NCBI GenBank assembly: GCA_022571845.1
Contig: JACZXB010000001.1
Coordinates: forward strand, 459,037-523,036
Direction: 5' to 3'
Length of the DNA: 64,000 nucleotides
DNA from: Candidatus Zixiibacteriota bacterium
GTDB taxonomy: Bacteria > Zixibacteria > MSB-5A5 > GN15 > FEB-12
Below the pieces are notes generated by a model that made no database searches, was not told the origin of the DNA, and worked only from the letters and a program-made list of their open reading frames with translations. The translations under genes were made by a program, and so were the position numbers. Shown here piece after piece: positions 62,147 through 64,000 of the stretch (position 1 is the stretch's first letter; each line of letters starts with the position of its first letter).

Positions 62147-62998
62147 TCAATCAATATTATCGATTAGGTCAATCAATTTTTGAAGTATTTTCGAGCCTAT
62201 AGCAGCTTTGTTGACTGCCGCAACTGCCTCATTTCCCTCAATTTTGTCATCGTAAATAAACCGTAAGACATACTGATTGTTTGAGTTAGTGATAAACGAA
62301 GTTATGAATTCCTGCGGCGCACTACCGCTCTTTTCGATAGCTTTCTGGATGGCCTTTTCATCAGTAAAGCTGTATTTGTTACCGGAATCGGCCACCATGA
62401 GATGTACAATAGAAGTAGAGGGCATTTCAGAGTTAGCATATTGAGCATCGTTCTCATCATTTACTGATTTCTTTAAAGACATAGTGCTGCTGTCGTAATC
62501 ATAAATTCCCAGCTGCCCTGCGCCGGCAAAGCCGAGTATTAATTGTAATAGCTCATTCAGATTTTTAAAATCATCCATTTCGGACAGGTTTGAGAGGAAA
62601 TCTGAAGAGGTCTGATCCGGGTTCGCGTAAATTTCGGTGCGGCTGGCGCCACTTGCTTTGGTAAGAATCATCTGCAGATTTACCGGGTTACCGCCAATGA
62701 AATTTAAGGATACAACTGCGCATAAACTCAATTTTCTGTTTTGCTTAGTAATAAGGGTCAGCCTTACAGAGTCAAAAAAAGTATCGTAGTGGTTTCGGTC
62801 AGTGACCAGACTGCGAATCAGCTCACCACTATCGGCATCAAGAATTTTAGAGATTGACTTGCCGAGCAGCTCCTCATCGCTGTATCCGGTGAGCGACGTG
62901 AACTCTTCGTCCAGATAAGCAAAGCGACCTTTCAGATCGATTTTACAAAGAGCGCACCTCTCAATTATAACAGCATTTTTTGAAACAGCTGAGGCCAT
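62147..62998 (-). CDS. PAS-like domain protein, unknown function
   Basis: The N-terminal segment DLKGRFAYLDEEFTSLTGYSDEELLGKSISKIL is PAS-like. I do not recognise the C-terminal half. Confidence 0.5.
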   Translation of the reverse strand: MASAVSKNAVIIERCALCKIDLKGRFAYLDEEFTSLTGYSDEELLGKSISKILDADSGELIRSLVTDRNHYDTFFDSVRLTLITKQNRKLSLCAVVSLNFIGGNPVNLQMILTKASGASRTEIYANPDQTSSDFLSNLSEMDDFKNLNELLQLILGFAGAGQLGIYDYDSSTMSLKKSVNDENDAQYANSEMPSTSIVHLMVADSGNKYSFTDEKAIQKAIEKSGSAPQEFITSFITNSNNQYVLRFIYDDKIEGNEAVAAVNKAAIGSKILQKLIDLIDNID

Positions 62999-63025
62999 AG
63001 CAATAAAAGAAATCCTTAAGTCTAC

Positions 63026-64000
63026 TTAGTTGGTTTTCAACAACTTAAGACGTCTTTCAGCGTTGCTGGCCATAAAATGCAGGATATAGACGCCGGCAGA
63101 AGTTGCATTCCCCTGGGCGTTTCTGCCATCCCAGATAATAGTAGTATCGGCTGAAACTGTGAAATTATTGACTTTTCCCCAGATTCTTTCTCCGGCAGAA
63201 GTATAAATGGTCAAAGATTGCCATTTCCCTGCTGCTGAGGAAATCAAAAACCTGACTGAGCTTGAAAAGGGGTTAGGAGCTGCTCTGACAAAGTCGGAAG
63301 TCAAAGAACGCACTTCTATTATGAGCCGCGCTGTATCTGCATAATAACCGACATCTGCAACGACGTTCAAAATAGTCTGAATTCCCAGAGCGGCTGAGCC
63401 CGTCACCGCTAAAGAAGCTGTGCCGTTAAGATTGTCTGTCAGGGAAATTCCGGCCGGAACTACTCCTGTCAGACTAATGACAGGAGTAGTAAGAGAGCGC
63501 CCCGAAGCGCTGATTGCAATGATTCTGGTTTGGCCGGTGGTCACCTGGAATATTCCTGACTGGTCAATCTCAATGATATCTGCCGCCCTGGCAGCGTTAT
63601 ATAGTCCATAACCAAAATCATTGTCGGGGCTTTGTGATTTGCTTGCGGTCTGGCGGATTAGTAACAGGGCTTCATTGGCAGTCATTGTCGAATCATGCTC
63701 TAACGCCAGAGCTGCTCCGCCTGCCACTAGCGGGGTTGAAAGAGATGTTCCGGAGGCGATAGTTGTGCCGCCATTGTGGCGGGCGGTAAAGACATTCACT
63801 CCCAGGGCAGCAATATCCGGCTTTATTCGACCGTCGGCCGTCGGTCCCGGGGAAGAAAAACCAGCCAATGTCGAATCGAAATTTGTTGCTCCGACAGTCA
63901 ATACTGAATCACCATCGGCCGGAAAAGAAATCGTGCCCCAAGATTTCAATCTGGAATTGCCGGCCGAATTCACGACCAGAATATTCATTGAAGCTGCAAT
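63026..64000 (-). CDS. Subtilisin-family (S8) serine protease with a T9SS-type C-terminal domain (5' end beyond the window)
   Basis: The catalytic Ser motif is SGTSLSTPLVAGGAALAL, with an upstream NSAGN. The CTD reads APNPFSS..IIWDGRNAQGN..GVYILHF..LKLLKTN. The ORF is open to the window edge. Confidence 0.8.
   Translation of the reverse strand: MAASMNILVVNSAGNSRLKSWGTISFPADGDSVLTVGATNFDSTLAGFSSPGPTADGRIKPDIAALGVNVFTARHNGGTTIASGTSLSTPLVAGGAALALEHDSTMTANEALLLIRQTASKSQSPDNDFGYGLYNAARAADIIEIDQSGIFQVTTGQTRIIAISASGRSLTTPVISLTGVVPAGISLTDNLNGTASLAVTGSAALGIQTILNVVADVGYYADTARLIIEVRSLTSDFVRAAPNPFSSSVRFLISSAAGKWQSLTIYTSAGERIWGKVNNFTVSADTTIIWDGRNAQGNATSAGVYILHFMASNAERRLKLLKTN

Noticed and set aside
1-64000. 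A search for rRNA genes, tRNA genes and CRISPR arrays.
   Set aside because: No tRNA-like T-loop or acceptor pattern was seen in the intergenic regions (23673-24077, 27235-27363, 27868-28023, 31368-31490, 46670-47102, 47670-48163, 53001-53189, 53937-54131). I saw no rRNA-like stretch and no spaced direct repeats. The by-eye scan may miss degenerate elements.

Overview
This is a 64-kb bacterial chromosomal window with about 55 genes, almost all on the minus strand in tightly packed, often overlapping operons. The lineage is probably an uncultured FCB-superphylum-type organism. That is an inference from PorU/PorV-like genes and Por_Secre_tail-type C-terminal domains. Reading along the minus strand from right to left, the window holds: (1) a partial S8 protease, a PAS protein, and a housekeeping block yicC-gmk-rpoZ-topA-xerC-hslV-hslU; (2) a G+C-rich two-gene membrane patch, a LiaF-like gene, argF, a lipoprotein, a thioesterase, rpsT and murJ; (3) a 1.7-kb strand-switched islet (46.7-48.4 kb) that appears to replace the middle of a comEC-like gene. 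The islet carries a promoter/terminator-bounded small RNA candidate, an HTH-like protein, a roughly 250-nt multi-helix RNA-like element with mutually exclusive pairings, and a small membrane protein; (4) an 11-gene block that links a DUF4388 protein, four Roadblock/LC7 proteins (including MglB, a TPR fusion and a membrane-anchored fusion), an MglA GTPase with a 200-aa proline-rich tail, pilB-pilT-pilC and an orphan PilS-like kinase; (5) amino-acid catabolic genes interrupted by a RAYT transposase flanked by nested REP hairpins; (6) a 17.7-kb envelope operon holding a PorU-like C25 peptidase, a PorV-like barrel with a large propeller-like insert, an M6 protease, paralogous PGLGxYY proteins, an NHL propeller, a 1097-aa barrel and an Omp85 protein; (7) a UbiA prenyltransferase and a MoxR/DUF58/VWA (Bat-type) operon. 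I found no rRNA, tRNA or CRISPR array by eye. All family assignments come from motif recognition in the supplied translations, not from database searches.
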